DNA of 63,364 nt, filler included, from Klebsormidium nitens (lineage: Eukaryota > Plantae > Klebsormidiophyceae), in NCBI GenBank assembly GCA_000708835.1. It is 4 parts of 4 records of this genome, joined end to end, with 100 filler letters (N's around TTAATTAATTAA, not from the genome) between each part and the next. Parts side by side here need not be neighbours in the genome. Positions count along the whole stretch, not along the records: positions 1 to 2,238 come from DF238726.1; positions 2,339 to 24,685 come from DF237894.1; 2 more parts are not named here. One strand, given 5' to 3'. This document shows, piece after piece, positions 1-12,900 of this stretch; the stretch's first letter is position 1; each line of letters starts with the position of its first letter. The notes under the pieces were generated by a model. That model was not told the DNA's origin and searched no databases. It was given only the letters and a program-made list of their open reading frames with translations. The position numbers and the translations under genes were made by a program.

Positions 1-23
1 CCCTAAATGTCCGTATCTCAACA
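1..23 (-). mobile_element. Start of an LTR (TGTTGAGATAC... family) running off the window
   Basis: Reverse complement reads TGTTGAGATACGGACATTTAGGG, nearly identical to TGTTGAGATACGCGCATTTAGGG at 42682, which interrupts a copia RT. Confidence 0.45.
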
Positions 24-995
24 CAAGTGTCAGAGAGGACGCGGATAGGGGTTGCAAAGCTCGAGAGTACCCTTGAGCTGCAAATACCCGCAGCTTGGGA
101 CTGGCACGATGACAAGAGTAGCCCGGCCGGCTCTGGGGAGCTGCCCCTTCAATGCAATCTCCAAAGGAGTGCTGCATGGTTTGCCTAGACCGCATCAAGA
201 TCGAGTCAAAGATCTTCGGTTGTGCAGGCGGCACTATCTTTTGTTGTGCCAGACAGGAAGCTTCAAGCGCATCCGACACGTTCACTCGCCTATGACCGGG
301 ACCGAACCCCAAAGCTTTGACGACAGGGTTGACGGGACGTTGTGTGCGCTGCAATGCGAGGTGTACGGGAGCGAGCGAGGGTGTCACGGAGCTTGACTTT
401 CGGATCTGAGTATCCGGACAAATTGGCATGCTCATTGTGTGGGCGCTGAGGTTCATGCTGCGTCTGAAAGATTTGCACAGATCGCATCCGGCGGCTTGAG
501 CCGGTCGAGACAGCGGGGGAAAGGAAGCGGGAGAGGGGCGGTCATCGGAGCAGGCAGCAAGAGAGTCCGGTCCCACCGACCAGCTGAGAGCCAGCGAGGT
601 AGTGGTCACCGAGCAGCCGGGGCTCAGCATCGAGCCGTCGAGCCCTAGCCGGCGGAATGGGGGCGACGGAGCGGAGAAGGAAGGGTCGCCGGGGTTTGGC
701 GGAGGAGAGGCAGTCCGGGAGTCAGGCCTGGCGACGAGCGACTCTATCGCGCGGGAAACCAACAGAGAGAGGCGGAGGAAGCGGAGGTTGATCAGCCGGA
801 GCGCAGCCGAGGAGAGGCGGAAATCAGCTAGGAAGAAGAGGCGTCGGGATTTCGGGGCTCGGGCTGAGAGGATCATCACGAGAACGAACTTAGAAGTTGG
901 TTTCAACGGTGAAAGAGGCAATGAAAGGAGGGGAATTTGCGATCGAAAAGGAAATTTTCAAGGACGTCCTGGTGATGATTATTGAAACACGGCGT

Positions 996-1373
996 TGTTG
1001 GAAATGAATGATCGAATGATCAAGTTCACACAATACTTATCGAGTGTTCGGGGTCTAGCGGTGCTAAAGCTATGCAGTCTGTGTGCTATGCTAGAGTCAC
1101 TCAAGTAGAGTCACACTCCTAGTCTAGGTCTACATTGATAGCCTAGTAGGTTCAGTTGACCGCGAGTAAGCAAGTCCGACAGTTTCGCGCAAATCTGACT
1201 ATCTACGGCTATTATCGAACCTAATCATTATGGCTTTTATCTCAATAAGTCATTCGGGTGTAACGGTGTAACCTGCGCGCATTTAAACCGCCAACCGCTA
1301 ACTACCAATTATCGTCGAACTCCCGTCGACGTCACCCAAAAGATCGTGCTCAGTAAATGCCCGAATCTCCACA
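996..1373 (-). mobile_element. 3' LTR of a decayed Ty1/copia element (LTR family X)
   Basis: On the minus strand it starts TGTGGAGATTCGGG immediately after a purine tract (GTGTGTGGGGGAG) that follows the RNase H stop, and ends TTTCCAACA. Homologous pieces lie at 31972-32086 and ~36209-36385. Confidence 0.7.
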
Positions 1374-1394
1374 CTCCCCCACACACTAATGACT

Positions 1395-1900
1395 TATGCA
1401 ATTCCTATCTCGCTCTTGCACTTCTTGAACTTCCCCGGTGCCAACGCCTTGTCATGATGTCTGCCTTCATGTCCCCCGTCATGTAGTACGCGAACGCAAC
1501 CTCCTTACGTGCCACAAGCTCCCGTGTAAAGTGATGAATCACGTCAATGTGCTTGACCGCTATGACGCGATCGGGTGCTTCAGGAGCCGTATTGCCCCTT
1601 GGTTGTCGCAGTAGATCTGCACCGTTCCAAAGTCCAACTCAAGATTTTCTCCGAGCTTGCGGAACCACATCGTCTCTTTCGCCGCTTGCGCTGCGCTCAT
1701 GTGATCCGCCTCTACCGTCGAGGCCACCATTGGCTGCAGCCTACTCGACCAGCTCATCGCCCCCCCGTATATCAAGAAGAGTATCCCGTTGTGGACCGCT
1801 TTGTGTCCATGTCACCAGCGTAATCCGCGTCGCAATATACGATGAGAGTTTCTCCGCTCCCCCCAAGGGTTATCCGGTCCTCTGCCGTACCCGCCAGGTG
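1395..1900 (-). pseudogene. Ty1/copia RT-RNase H C-terminal fragment, frameshifted
   Basis: Motifs YCDADYAGDMDTKRSTTGY, MSWSSRLQPMVASTVEADHM, YCDNQGAIRLLKHPIAS and HHFTRELV are split across frames. Confidence 0.9.
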
Positions 1901-2011
1901 TTGTAAGTACGGACCGTGATGACGTCACGAGTCCCGTACTTGAACCAAGCACGCTACCAACTGGACAATACTCGCACAACAAAATGTGGGACCGGAGATC
2001 ATGTCAACCTC

Positions 2012-2237
2012 TGTTAGAATCCGGTGATTATGGTCAGCCGGATTACTCCGTGATTAGGGTTCGGACCGAGTTAGGGTTTGAACTAGTGAGCGCCGGTGTG
2101 CGTGCACAGCGGTTAGGCGGTTAACCTTGGAGGTTAGGCGGTTGAGAGGGCCGCCGATATGGAGCCGTAGATGAGGATATCGATGGCTATGATTGAGTGT
2201 GAGTGTGATCTAGGCTAGTGAGCCTAGTAGTGTGTGA
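2012..2237 (+). mobile_element. LTR family Y, 5' part (truncated by gap)
   Basis: Starts TGTTAGAATCCGGTGATTATGGTCAGCC. Homologous to copies at 32087, ~33870, 34100-34420 (reverse), 36890-37217 (reverse) and 41585. Confidence 0.75.
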
Positions 2238-2338
2238 CNNNNNNNNNNNNNNNNNNNNNNNNNNNNNNNNNNNNNNNNNNNNTTAATTAATTAANNNNNN
2301 NNNNNNNNNNNNNNNNNNNNNNNNNNNNNNNNNNNNNN

Positions 2339-3733
2339 GCCCTCGCGGAGAAGGAGACCAGAAAGAGCTTGTGGACGCACACGGCCTGCGTGTGCAGTCT
2401 TCCCAGGGGGCAGCTGCACGCGGGGCGCCCGTTCGGGTCCCAGTAGACCGTGGCAGGCAGGCCTTTCTTCCCGTCTGGCATGCCGATCGGCCTGAGCGTG
2501 CCGTGGCCCTTGGCGTCCCAGTTGGAGCAGTGCAGGACGGCGGCACGCCCTTCCCGAAACCCCTCGGGCCAGACGAACGCCGTCCCGTCCACCACGCACT
2601 GGATGAAGCGCTCAGCTTGGAGACGGGATGGATCGTTGATGCCCTGCCGGCGCACCTGAAGAACAGGGGGGCGGGTCAGGAACACGAAGAAGCTATCAGG
2701 TGCCGGGACGAAATCTTGTACCTGTTTCCTACGAAGCCAGCGGTCGAAGTACCGGACAGGGGCAAAACGGATCGGGACCTGAGATACAAGGGTTATCCCC
2801 GAGAATGCCGGGCACGACGGCGACTTACCATGGCACGGGCGAGTGGGGTCGGGCACTCGCGAGGGCGCGCGGGGGGAGGAAGCTTCGCCTCCCGAGGCCG
2901 CTTCCCGACCGGGCCCTTAGCTGGGGGTAGCTTCCTTTTGTTGCACACCGCGCCGGTGCTCGCCGCCTTCGACTCGCAATCAGCCTTCTTGAGTGTGCTC
3001 AGCTGCTTCAGGTCCAACGCCCACAGCTGTCGCCAAGGGCCCATGCCCCCATCCTGGCGGAGGACTGGGGTGTCGCCCAGGCGCAGCTCACCACGGTTGA
3101 GGACGTGAAGCTTGGCCGCGGAATACTTCGCGACGCAGTCCCAGCACAGAATGGGTGCGAGGGCGCGGCTGCTTGCGGGGCAGATCATGAAGCCAGGGTA
3201 TCTGAGGCTGGCTTTCTGCACCAGGCTGAAGGTACCCACCGCTTCCTTCTTGGGCTTGCCCTTCGCGTCGAAGCACGGCTTCCCGTCTGGGCCGAGCACG
3301 GGCCTGGTGTCCTTCACCTTCCACGGGTGGCTGCAGATGGCGCACTTGCCGGTGATGTTGGCGTGCAGCGCCAGCTGCTCGTCCGTCCAGAGGAGCCCCG
3401 CATGCAGAGCTCTGTCGGTGTGGTAGCCGTACGCCATGGTCGCCTTCGTTTCGATTGGCCTGCGGGAAGGGGCACGGTTCCTTAAGTAGGATTCGGGGTG
3501 GCACGGCGGTCATTTCATGCAGTCAAAACATGCCCCGAGGAGCGGTGAAGATGAACAGCCAGACGATCAAGCGAAGAAGATCGAAGATGTAGGTCGAGGA
3601 AAAGAATATACCTGCAGGCCATCTCGCTGATCGTCTTGATGAGGTCGTCCGTGAGTAGATACAGTGGCGAATCGGCTTTGCATCGTTTGATTCCCACCGA
3701 TGCGGCCATCTGTTGCTGTAAGGCGTCTGCCAT
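2339..3733 (-). CDS. Spliced SWIM zinc-finger / Cys-cluster protein, probably transposase-associated; 3' end lost in gap
   Basis: Exons 3733-3612, 3459-2829 and 2778-(2339) join in frame through GT-AG introns (phases 2 and 0; the second intron is 50 nt, GTAAGT...CTCAG). The protein has CAIC...CWDC and a SWIM-type CSC-x9-CVH (PACSCPLGRLHTQAVCVHK). Confidence 0.7.
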
Positions 3734-3789
3734 GTTGCATTGGAGGCGCCGTACCTGAGACGAGTAAAATGAGCTGATCGACGATTGTA

Positions 3790-4275
3790 GAGAACCCTAA
3801 TTATGAGGAATTCGTGGCATCATCAGCTCATATCTGAGTGAAATTTCGCGCCCACCGTGAGCTACATGCTAGTTGCCGAGAACCCTTACGAAAAATCAGT
3901 GGCCCCATCAGCTCATGCGTGCTATTCGCGCCCACCACCGAGCTAAAAAATCTACATGCTAGTTACCGAGAGCCCCGATTCGAGAATTTCGTGTCCCCAT
4001 CAGCAGTTGCCGAACCCTAATTCAGGGAAGTTCGTGTCCCCAGCTCATGAGTACTATCCGCGCCCACCAGCGAGCTGAAAAGCTTCATGCAAGTTGCCGA
4101 AAACCCTAATTAAGAGAATTTCGTATCTCCATCAGCTCAGCGCCCACCGTCGATCTAGAAAGGTTCATGCTAGTTGCGAGAACCCTAATTAAGAAAAATC
4201 CATGTCTCCATCAGCTCAGCGCCCACCATCGAGTGAAAAACACTTCATGCTAGTTGCCGAGAACCCTTATTATGA
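3790..4275. repeat. Degenerate tandem repeat, ~70-90 bp unit
   Basis: Recurring blocks AGAACCCTAATT, CATCAGCTCA, CGCCCACC and CATGCTAGTTGCCGA in about six units. Confidence 0.85.
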
Positions 4276-4344
4276 GAAATTCCTCTTGAGGCAACTGCTG
4301 AAATTCATTTCCACCGCTAGTTTGAAGACAGAGCAAGAGGTTGA

Positions 4345-4660
4345 GAATCATGCCGGATCATGCCACCAAGCTCAGACCGAGTTCTAACGCCAAAATGCTG
4401 AGCTCCCCAGCGGCGCTGGAACATCATGCCACCTTTAAAGTCCAAGCTAGTCCAGACCGTCCAGACCCAATCTTCTGAGGCCAATGCTCCGCCGAATCAT
4501 GCCACCACCATTTTCAGAATGAGTTTTGGCCAAAATGCCGAGCTCCCCAGTGCCTCTGAGAACCATGCCATGATGCCACCACCATTTTCAAGGACAAGAC
4601 AGAGCTCAGAATGAGTTCTGGCCAGAATGCTGAGCTTCCCAGTGCCGCTGAAAAATCATG
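4345..4660. repeat. Second degenerate tandem repeat
   Basis: Recurring CATGCCACC...GCCAAAATGCTGAGCTCCCCAG(T/C)G motif in 3-4 units. Confidence 0.7.
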
Positions 4661-5368
4661 CCACCTGTAAAGTCCAAGCCAAGTCCTGAGGCCAAATGTA
4701 GAGACTCTCTGGTCAGGAGCAAAAGAGAGGTCGTAGACTGACCTGTCAAGATGATCTACCCGCCATTGCTGCAATGCTGTGCGCCGCCACCGTCTCAAGG
4801 CTGCCGCTGCTGTTGGAGTGAAGTCGCTACAGAGAAGCTTCTGTTCGATGTTGGTCTGAGAAGAATGGCGGCGCAGCTGCAGAATACTGCGCCGGAAGAG
4901 AGCTTGTTTTACGAATGTCCCTTCTGAGCTCTGGAGGCTGCCCCAGAGCTCTGCAGGCCCGGCATTGTGTGGCATGATTGTGAGATGCGTTACTGAATGT
5001 GTGGTACAGCTTTCAGCAGCCATGGGAACGTGATCTTGAGCTAAGTCTTCGGTCCGTGGTGCTGCCCTCAGTTGATGCTAGCTATCAGCTGGTTGAGAGG
5101 GAAGGACCACTTCGGTTTAGGGTTGCAGACTTGCTGGACGCGAAGAAGGTTCGAATTAACATGTTATTTTAAGTGCTTGTGAAATGTACGTCCCGCATTT
5201 TCATTCGGGGGGGGCACCTGGTTTTGCGGATAGGCTGGAAGGACGTACGCTGGTTAATTCGGGATTTTCAGAGCCGTCCGATGGTCTCCCGAGCACTTTC
5301 AGCCGGGAGATTACCCTGAAAAACCAGAGCCCAACCCCAGAAACAACTGATTCAAGTACCCGGATATA

Positions 5369-5621
5369 CCGTAATGCCATTGTGAATTCGCATAGAAAAT
5401 AATTATTTTAGCCCAGGTCGAAATTTTTAGGAAATTATTTCTTGCCTGGTCGAAAAGTTGAAATTGAAAATCCAAGATTTTTGGACCCAAAAAGGCTCTT
5501 TTAGCAGGCAAAATAGGCAAAAACGAAAACAAAAATAAATTATTCTGGCCGATGCGAAACCAGAAAAACTTTGAAAATAATTATTCGCGGACATGGGGTG
5601 CGAATTCGAATGGCAGTACGG
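5369..5621. mobile_element. MITE with TA target-site duplication (Tc1/mariner-pogo-like)
   Basis: TA|CCGTAATGCCATTGTGAATTCGCA ... TGCGAATTCGAATGGCAGTACGG|TA: imperfect ~24-bp TIRs around an AT-rich interior. Confidence 0.75.
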
Positions 5622-6913
5622 TAACTATTACCTACCGGTACATTAGGCGGTCTGGACTCTGGACTCTATGATTGGCTGAGCCTGGGTTTGTCGAACTCGC
5701 GACTCTGAATTAATGCAAGGTCAGGGAATGAATTATAATGATGCGGATTCTGGGACTCACGCTCGTGTTGTAACTTTGTCCGAGTCAGTGATGGGCGCGT
5801 TCAAGCGCGCTCCTTTTATTGGTTTTATGGGGATTTGGATTTCCGGTTCCGAAGTCGGAAGCGTTGGACGGAACGGCTAGATTCAACGGAAGCAGAATAA
5901 ATACTGGCAAAGGTCAAGCTCGGGGAAAATCATCGCGCGTTCTAGTTCCTACGCTTTCCTTTCTTTTCGGACCCACCCGGAAAGGCGGCACCGTTCGGGT
6001 TGTTTTGACACAGGTTGTTGATAGGTAGGCTGAATTTGGCATGCAGTGTCAACGACAGATCCGCACGAGGACGGCGACGCCCTCACATGATTTGCTCTAG
6101 TGCGTCGCCGACCAAGTTTAGGGCCCAGATTCTTGGTTGGTATGGGGCAGTCACTGTGACCTCATCGGACGATCCATGTGCCACTTGTTTCAATCGACGG
6201 TGGAAATCTCCGGGACTTTAGCAGTGTTATTTTAAGAGTCACCGTGACCGTCGCTGTCGGTAGAAAATTCTCCTGCGCAGCGAGCAGTGTCAGCAAAGTG
6301 TCACGCTTTGGCACCTCAAAGTCAAAGGTGACCTCCAGCTCAGAAAAGGGAAACGTACAGGAGCATGGCGCTGGAATAAACATGCCACCATGCGGCCTGG
6401 CGACTCCAGGGGGTGTGGCGATGCGGGAGAAATGTCGTCCCGCCCGTTAGCAGCAGCTTATTATGCTTTTCTTGTTGGCTAGCTCTGATCTTGCGCTGAA
6501 CACGGTTTCTTTCCTGTTCGGGTCCCGCTTGGATCGAGCTCATTTTCAATGCAGGGCTCACCAGTTTCACCGGTCGAACATGCTGGTGTCTATCCTTTCC
6601 CTTTTCAGAAACCCGTAGTAGCTGGCAGTGGAGGTCCAGGGTTTGTCGACTCTTCATACTCAAAAGGCGTGTCTGGCATGCGGCATAGTTTGCTCTGACA
6701 GACATATACGGCACTGAGCGCACCCTACGACAGCAAATGGAGAGTATGATCGGTAGACTCCACCAAAAACACAGCGGCAGCTAAAACAAACTTGAGCGAA
6801 GCGTAGGCGGGAGCTAAGATCTCACGGCAGCTAGGGGTCTCTGTTCTTTCTCCAGACTTTAGAGTGACGGTTTTCGAGGCTGTCAAACGGGGTGTTTCTT
6901 ACTTCCTGGAGTC

Positions 6914-9900
6914 ATGCCCGGGATGCTGACCATGATGGCACAGGATGGCCTGGGTCAGTACCAGGACCACATTCACTTCTTTGATAACCAGCAAGCACGG
7001 CAGAGCGGTCAGATGCAGTCAAAGAAGGGCCTGATGAATAACATGGGCGTCCTGCAGTCAACCGACGCTTTGGAAGCAAAGCATGGTAAGCTGAAAGGCG
7101 ATCCCTAGCAGAATCTTGTTTTAGTTGGCGTTGGCGTGATGCATTCGTGTCGCTCACTTGGAAGGTTTTGAGAAAATAATCGCGGATATGGATCTGGGTA
7201 GCCTCATTCTTTTCAGGGGTTAGAGTTGTTATCAATTGGAAGGTGGCTGTTGGTATTCGCTGAGTCCGTCATTGTCGCTGAGAGGTTTTAGATATTGAGT
7301 CTTGAAGGGGTATGCTATGACGTATGGACTGTGTAAGCGGTCTTGTTAGTTTCGTAAAGCCTGAAAGGGTGGCATGAGCCATACAGTTTGCGCGTCACAA
7401 GCTTTGGTGATTGAATCTATACCGGGTCTGCTATTTCTATCTCTCTCGTATTGTTATGTCTTCATTCTTGCTTCCTGGACGTTGAATGCCAGTGGGAAGG
7501 TTCCCGGCAGCATGTTTGAGTCTTACTCCATGCTACCATCGGGATAGTTCTTGGAAGAATTATCAGGGTGTCGCGCTAGAGACTGCAATATAGTCCAAGC
7601 ACTAGAAGTGGTCTATTTTAAATCCGGGTTGTACAAAATCCCCAGTTGCTGCATGAGATCTGATGAAATTGATTTTACAAGGTGTGGTATTAAGATACAT
7701 CCTGCATGATGCATGTTCGATGTTGAGAGATGTTCTGAGCGTGCTATAAATGCTGCTGCAAGCTTCTGGGACGAGCTCTGAAGAGATATTGCTAGGCAGC
7801 TTGCTTGATCTTTTTGTTGTGTTTGCTCGATCGTGCGATGAATAAATCGTCATGTGCAAAGGTCTATTGGGAAGCTGTGCGTCCTTGCCACTTTAGAGCA
7901 GGTGTTTTGAAGGAAAGTAGTGTACGGGCCTTTGCTGGTAACATCGTAGCGTCTCGATTCGGTGTTCTTGTAAGTTTCAAAAGGATTCAGTGTGGTGGCA
8001 GGCATTCAATTTCAAAAAAATCTCTTCCTTCAAACAGCTTCATACAAGAACCAGTCTCAGCGTCCTGCTCAAACATAGAGCTTGGGCAGCTGTGTAGAAC
8101 AAGATCGAATGTTTTTTGTGCATCGGACTGTTTCCTAAAACACTGCATGGTTCCCTTAAAAGCCACTCCACCAGCACAAGTGCATGCAAAGCGCAGACTG
8201 GTCTAGTATGTTGCTCAATTCAATTTCAGCAAAGAGCTTCCTGTAGCATGCAGAAGCCCCTGGCAGAAGGATTTCTCTCCTTCTCTTTGTGGTTACTGAG
8301 ACAGAGCGGTCATGGTGCACGGCAGCTACATAAGAGAGAGTCGTTGGCTCAGTTTGGGGTAGTGCTCCAGGCAGCTTCAACTTCCATTGAGCTGCGTCAA
8401 TGAATTGCGTCGCAGCAAAGTTGATGCTCTGTAACATCCTTCTTCAAGCTGTACCTGAACTCTTACACGGTGTTCGTCGAAGTTTGACGGAGTTCGTGCT
8501 TTTGTTTTGTAGTTGACAATGCCCTCCTGGCCCTGGCTCACCAAGAGTATAAGCAAGGCAGCTATCAAGACGCCATGAGCCACGTCGCGCATGTCCGCAT
8601 TCGGGACCCGAAGCGCACCGACGCCCTCCTCCTGCAGGGCGCCATCTACTACCAGGTACGGCTTTGGCCCCTTCCAATTTTCGGGACAACTCTGAGCTGC
8701 GCTTGTGAAAGTTCTCGAACTGCAGCTCTGTTTGAGCTCTACTAAGGCCTTAGCTCGATGTCCAAACCTGTTAGCTTGACTGTGTGCTATGAAAGCACAC
8801 TCGCGGCAAGGCCTGCAAACTTTGCCCATGCCTGCCTGAAACGTTAGGTGCTCCCCACAAGGAGAAGTCGAGCATGTTTGCATGGCAACAAGAAACCAGG
8901 GAACCAGCCCTTCTCATGCCCCAATCCAGAGGATTGAGAGCTGTCTAGGGCATGCATGGGCAAAGAAGTGGCGGTGACTTCGATACATGTTTCAGTTCTT
9001 TCATTCCCTGCTTCTTATTGAAGAACTTGACCAAGCTGCAGTTCAACAGGGCTAGAACAAGAACAGCAACGACTGTAAAGAAGAGTGAGCAATGAGGCAC
9101 TTTGAGATGCGGAAGCGATAATGTGCTGGTCACTGAGTGCATCTTTGTCGTCAAACCCTTTGCAGCTACATAATTTTGACGAATGCATCGAGCTGAATCA
9201 AGAAGCCATCAGGCTGGACCCGGGCTTCGCGGAAGCCTACGGGAATCTCGCCAACGCCCTGAAAGTGAGCAGCTGCCTCAAGGTCCAACTTCTTTGTTAT
9301 TTCCTCGAGATGTCAAGCAGGAGATGGGCATACAGTTGGGGCAGACTGACCTTGTCTTTTAGTTGGATAGAGGAAACAGAGGTGTTACACTGCTAGGCGC
9401 AGCTCTGGGTCCCGTGTGCCCTTTGCCACAGCCTCTCTAGTTTGTCGTGGGCCTTTTTTCTGTAACTTGTCTGACAACATCTTACTTATCTTCATTACAA
9501 GGACTGAAGACCTGCGATGCTAGCGTGTTACTTGCAACTAATGTCAACTGATATGAGTATTTCAATATGCAGGAGAAGGGAGAACTGGACCTGGCAATCC
9601 AGTACTATCTTACCGCCATACAAGTAAGTAAAATGTGGTGACACCATTGATTAGGATCTTCGTAACCATCTTTGCATCTTTGAAAGGATGAAAAGCTTCA
9701 CGTTTGTCCCCAATCCTTTCGGCAAACTGACTGGAAAGTCCCAACCCTTTCGGCGAAACTGCTTGGAAAGACTGCGCTTGTGGTCTATCTTTGACTTGCT
9801 CGTTCTTTACTGCGTTTCAATACGTGTTGCAGCTCCGTCCATCGTTCTGCGACGCTTATAATAACCTGGCTAGCGCTTACATGAAGAAGGGAATGCTGAA

Positions 9901-12900
9901 CGAGGCCGCGGCATGCTGCCGCTATGCGCTGCACCTCAACCCGAAGCTGGTGAGAATCATTTCGTTATCCTCACGGCTGTGCACGTTTTCTGTTGTCTGT
10001 TCGTCGAGCAAATGTGCGCTGCTGCCGGTGAGTCTCATCAGTCAAAAGTGATTTCAACCACGGTGATCGGAGTTCATTCTCTGTTGGTCCAGCTTACTGC
10101 TTGCAGCAATAGACTAGGAGTCGTTAGATTTGTGTTTGCATCTCATCGATCACGAGCTGGTGTAACGGTTCGGACTGAAAACTTGCCACCAGATGCAATA
10201 CTTCGGCCCCATTCCAAATCGGTCCTCTAGGCCTCACTTTTTTGGACTTTTGAAAGAAATTTCTATGGACCCGCTTACTCAAAGGCGCCTCAAAAATTGG
10301 GACACGAATGCCAAGTACACACAACAGCCCCAAACAGAAAACTATTCTACGTAGCACTGCCCAAGTACTCTTATTTGCCTGAGGCGAACCGTTTTTATTC
10401 GGAGCATATAGATGGATCCCCTTTCTTGCCCTATTGAACGGAGTCACCAGATGATCCACCGCCCGCCTCCAATGCAGTCGGTTCGGCTTCACGCATATCG
10501 CCCCCCTTTTTGTCAAGGCTTCAAAAAGTCACTGAAACGGCATGTGGTTCTGCGTCCAAACATACGGTCCTGCCTTCAAAGGGCCCGAGTCTAAGCTTCC
10601 ACTTTATTCGCCCTCTCCAGGCGGATGCCCACAGCAACCTGGGCAACCTGCTCAAAGCCCAGGGGCTCGCGCACCACGCCTACTTCTGTTACTTGGAGGC
10701 GCTCAAGATCCAGCCGACATTCGCAATTGCATGGAGCAATCTCGCGGGGATCTGCATGGAGTGGGGGGACCTGCCGCGCGCGCTCGCGTACTACGAGGAG
10801 GCGGTGCGGTTGAAGCCCAAGTTTGCGGACGCACACTGCAACATGGGGAATGTTCTCAAGGTGAGGAAGCCTCCAATAGGTGTTTGAAAAGGGCTTTGGT
10901 CTTTCAGCTCTGCGAAGGGTTAAGGATGTAAGCCGACAGTACGGATTGCCGCTTGAAGGACACGTGTTTTGGAAAGATGAAAAACAATTGGGTTTGCAGA
11001 GGGGTGCGCTCAGAAGAGGGGCTCGTTTGCTGTTGTTAAGAACAGCTTAGTCAGACGATAAGAGACAAGCTAGCTGGCACGCACTCTGTCTCTCTTGACG
11101 GCTCTCAACGCCGCACAGCTTGAGAAACCGCCTCTTCTTTTTGTTGGCGAAGCAGTCTGAGGTCACAGACCTTCTCGAGAAGGCTGATTGAGCCCCACGA
11201 GGGTTAGCCTTCAGATAATACGAGCACCGATGTGCAAAAAAAAAGTCCGTTGCTTGTATGGAAGGACGTCGAGCATTCCCCTTCTTCTGAACGGCTTCTG
11301 ATTGGTTGAAATTCTGCAAGATTGCGTGGACTGAGAGCCAACAATTAATCTCTGTTAAACTTCCACGTATCTACCGTCACAGTCTGCCTCCTTCCGCGAC
11401 CCGGAATTGCTCACTGTACCCTCTACAAGATCGAAAGATTATGGAGAATACGCAGAGATAACACGGTTGGTTTGTGCAGGCTATGAATCGGCCCCAAGAA
11501 GCCGTCAACTCCTACCTCCAAGCGATTCGGCTGCGGCCCGACTTTGCAATTGCGCATGGCAACCTGGCTAGCATCTACTACGAGCAGGGGCAGCTCGAGC
11601 AAGCGATTGCGACGTACAGAGACGCTATCATGCTGGAGCCGACATTCGTCGAAGCTTACAATAATCTGGTGAGACCTCCGACGGGCGGTCGTACTTGCTG
11701 AGGTGGCTGTCTGAATGCTTGGCATGGGAGGACTTTTCGTCCCATCCGCAAGAGAATGATCAAGCGGCTTCAGCGTGCACAGCATTTAGTGGTTCCTTCT
11801 CGGGTCCTGCAGATTTGCTTAACCAGCTTGCAGGTCCACTTATCTGGCTTCCTTGGGATTTCGGAAATGGAACGTAGCATAAGCATCCACGTCTTTATCT
11901 CCTAGCGTGGTCCATCGCTTCTGGCCTCGTTGGGTCCTTCCTTCCGCCGCTATTCGGAACATACCGAGTTATCACGAATCTCGCTGTCCATCCAGTCCTT
12001 GTCTCTGAAACTTGAGGCTTTCTAGATTGCTTACCGTCGGTAATTCTCCAGGGCAACGCCCTAAAGGATGCGGGACGAGTCGACGAGGCCATCACCTGCT
12101 ACCAGACGTCTTTGGCACTCCAGCCGAACCATCCGCAGGCCCTCACGAACCTCGGCAACATATACATGGAATGGTGAGCGGTCCCTTGTCTTCCGCAGTC
12201 ATGATGCCAAAAGCAAACGCGAGAGTAGTCCTTTTGCTCGAAGGGAACAGGTCGTGCGTTGCAACTGAAGAAGATGGTGATGGTGTCTGCTTAAGTGAGA
12301 GCTTCCTTTCAGGACATACGTTTTAAAGTACGGAAATAGAGTCCGAACGAGTTGGCCGATGATAGAAAACTCGAATTGGAGTAACCGAATCTGAATCTTG
12401 TTTATGACTTTCCAACAGTTCAGCTCACCACGTCCGTCCTAAGCCTTCTACTCAACCCACCTTATTCAGGAACATGCCCAACGAGGCCCTGTCCCTGTAC
12501 AAACAAACGATCAGCGTGACGACCGGCCTTTCCGCCCCGTACAACAACCTGGCGACCATCTACAAGCAGCAAGGGTGCTATGCGGACGCCATTGCTTGCT
12601 ACAACGAGGTCCTCAGGATCGACAACCTGGCCGCGGACGGACTAGTCAACCGGGGCAACACGCTCAAAGAAATGGTGAGAGTTACACGAGGTCTGTGTCT
12701 CTTTCAGTAATGAGATGGACGATGTTGCTCCTTCCTAAACCGGCGGTTTCGATGCAAAGTATCTGTGCATTCCGATCTCGAACCCCCCTCGTTTTCTACC
12801 ATCCTTATCCTTCTTCAAACTTACATTTTGGGGGCGATGGTGACAGCGCGTGAGCATGGACCGCTGCTTCTGTTCACCGGCATTCCGCACTTGCATACCG

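Noticed and set aside
24-960. Possible gag/protease frame on the minus strand
   Set aside because: No diagnostic motif could be confirmed; left unannotated.
2238-2338. TTAATTAATTAA flanked by N-runs (also at ~24730 and ~42762)
   Set aside because: Identical motif centred in fixed-size gaps: a scaffolding linker, not biology.
6912-7235. Minus-strand ORF resembling copia gag
   Set aside because: It is antisense to the better-supported SEC exon 1 (ATG, GTAAGC donor, phase match).
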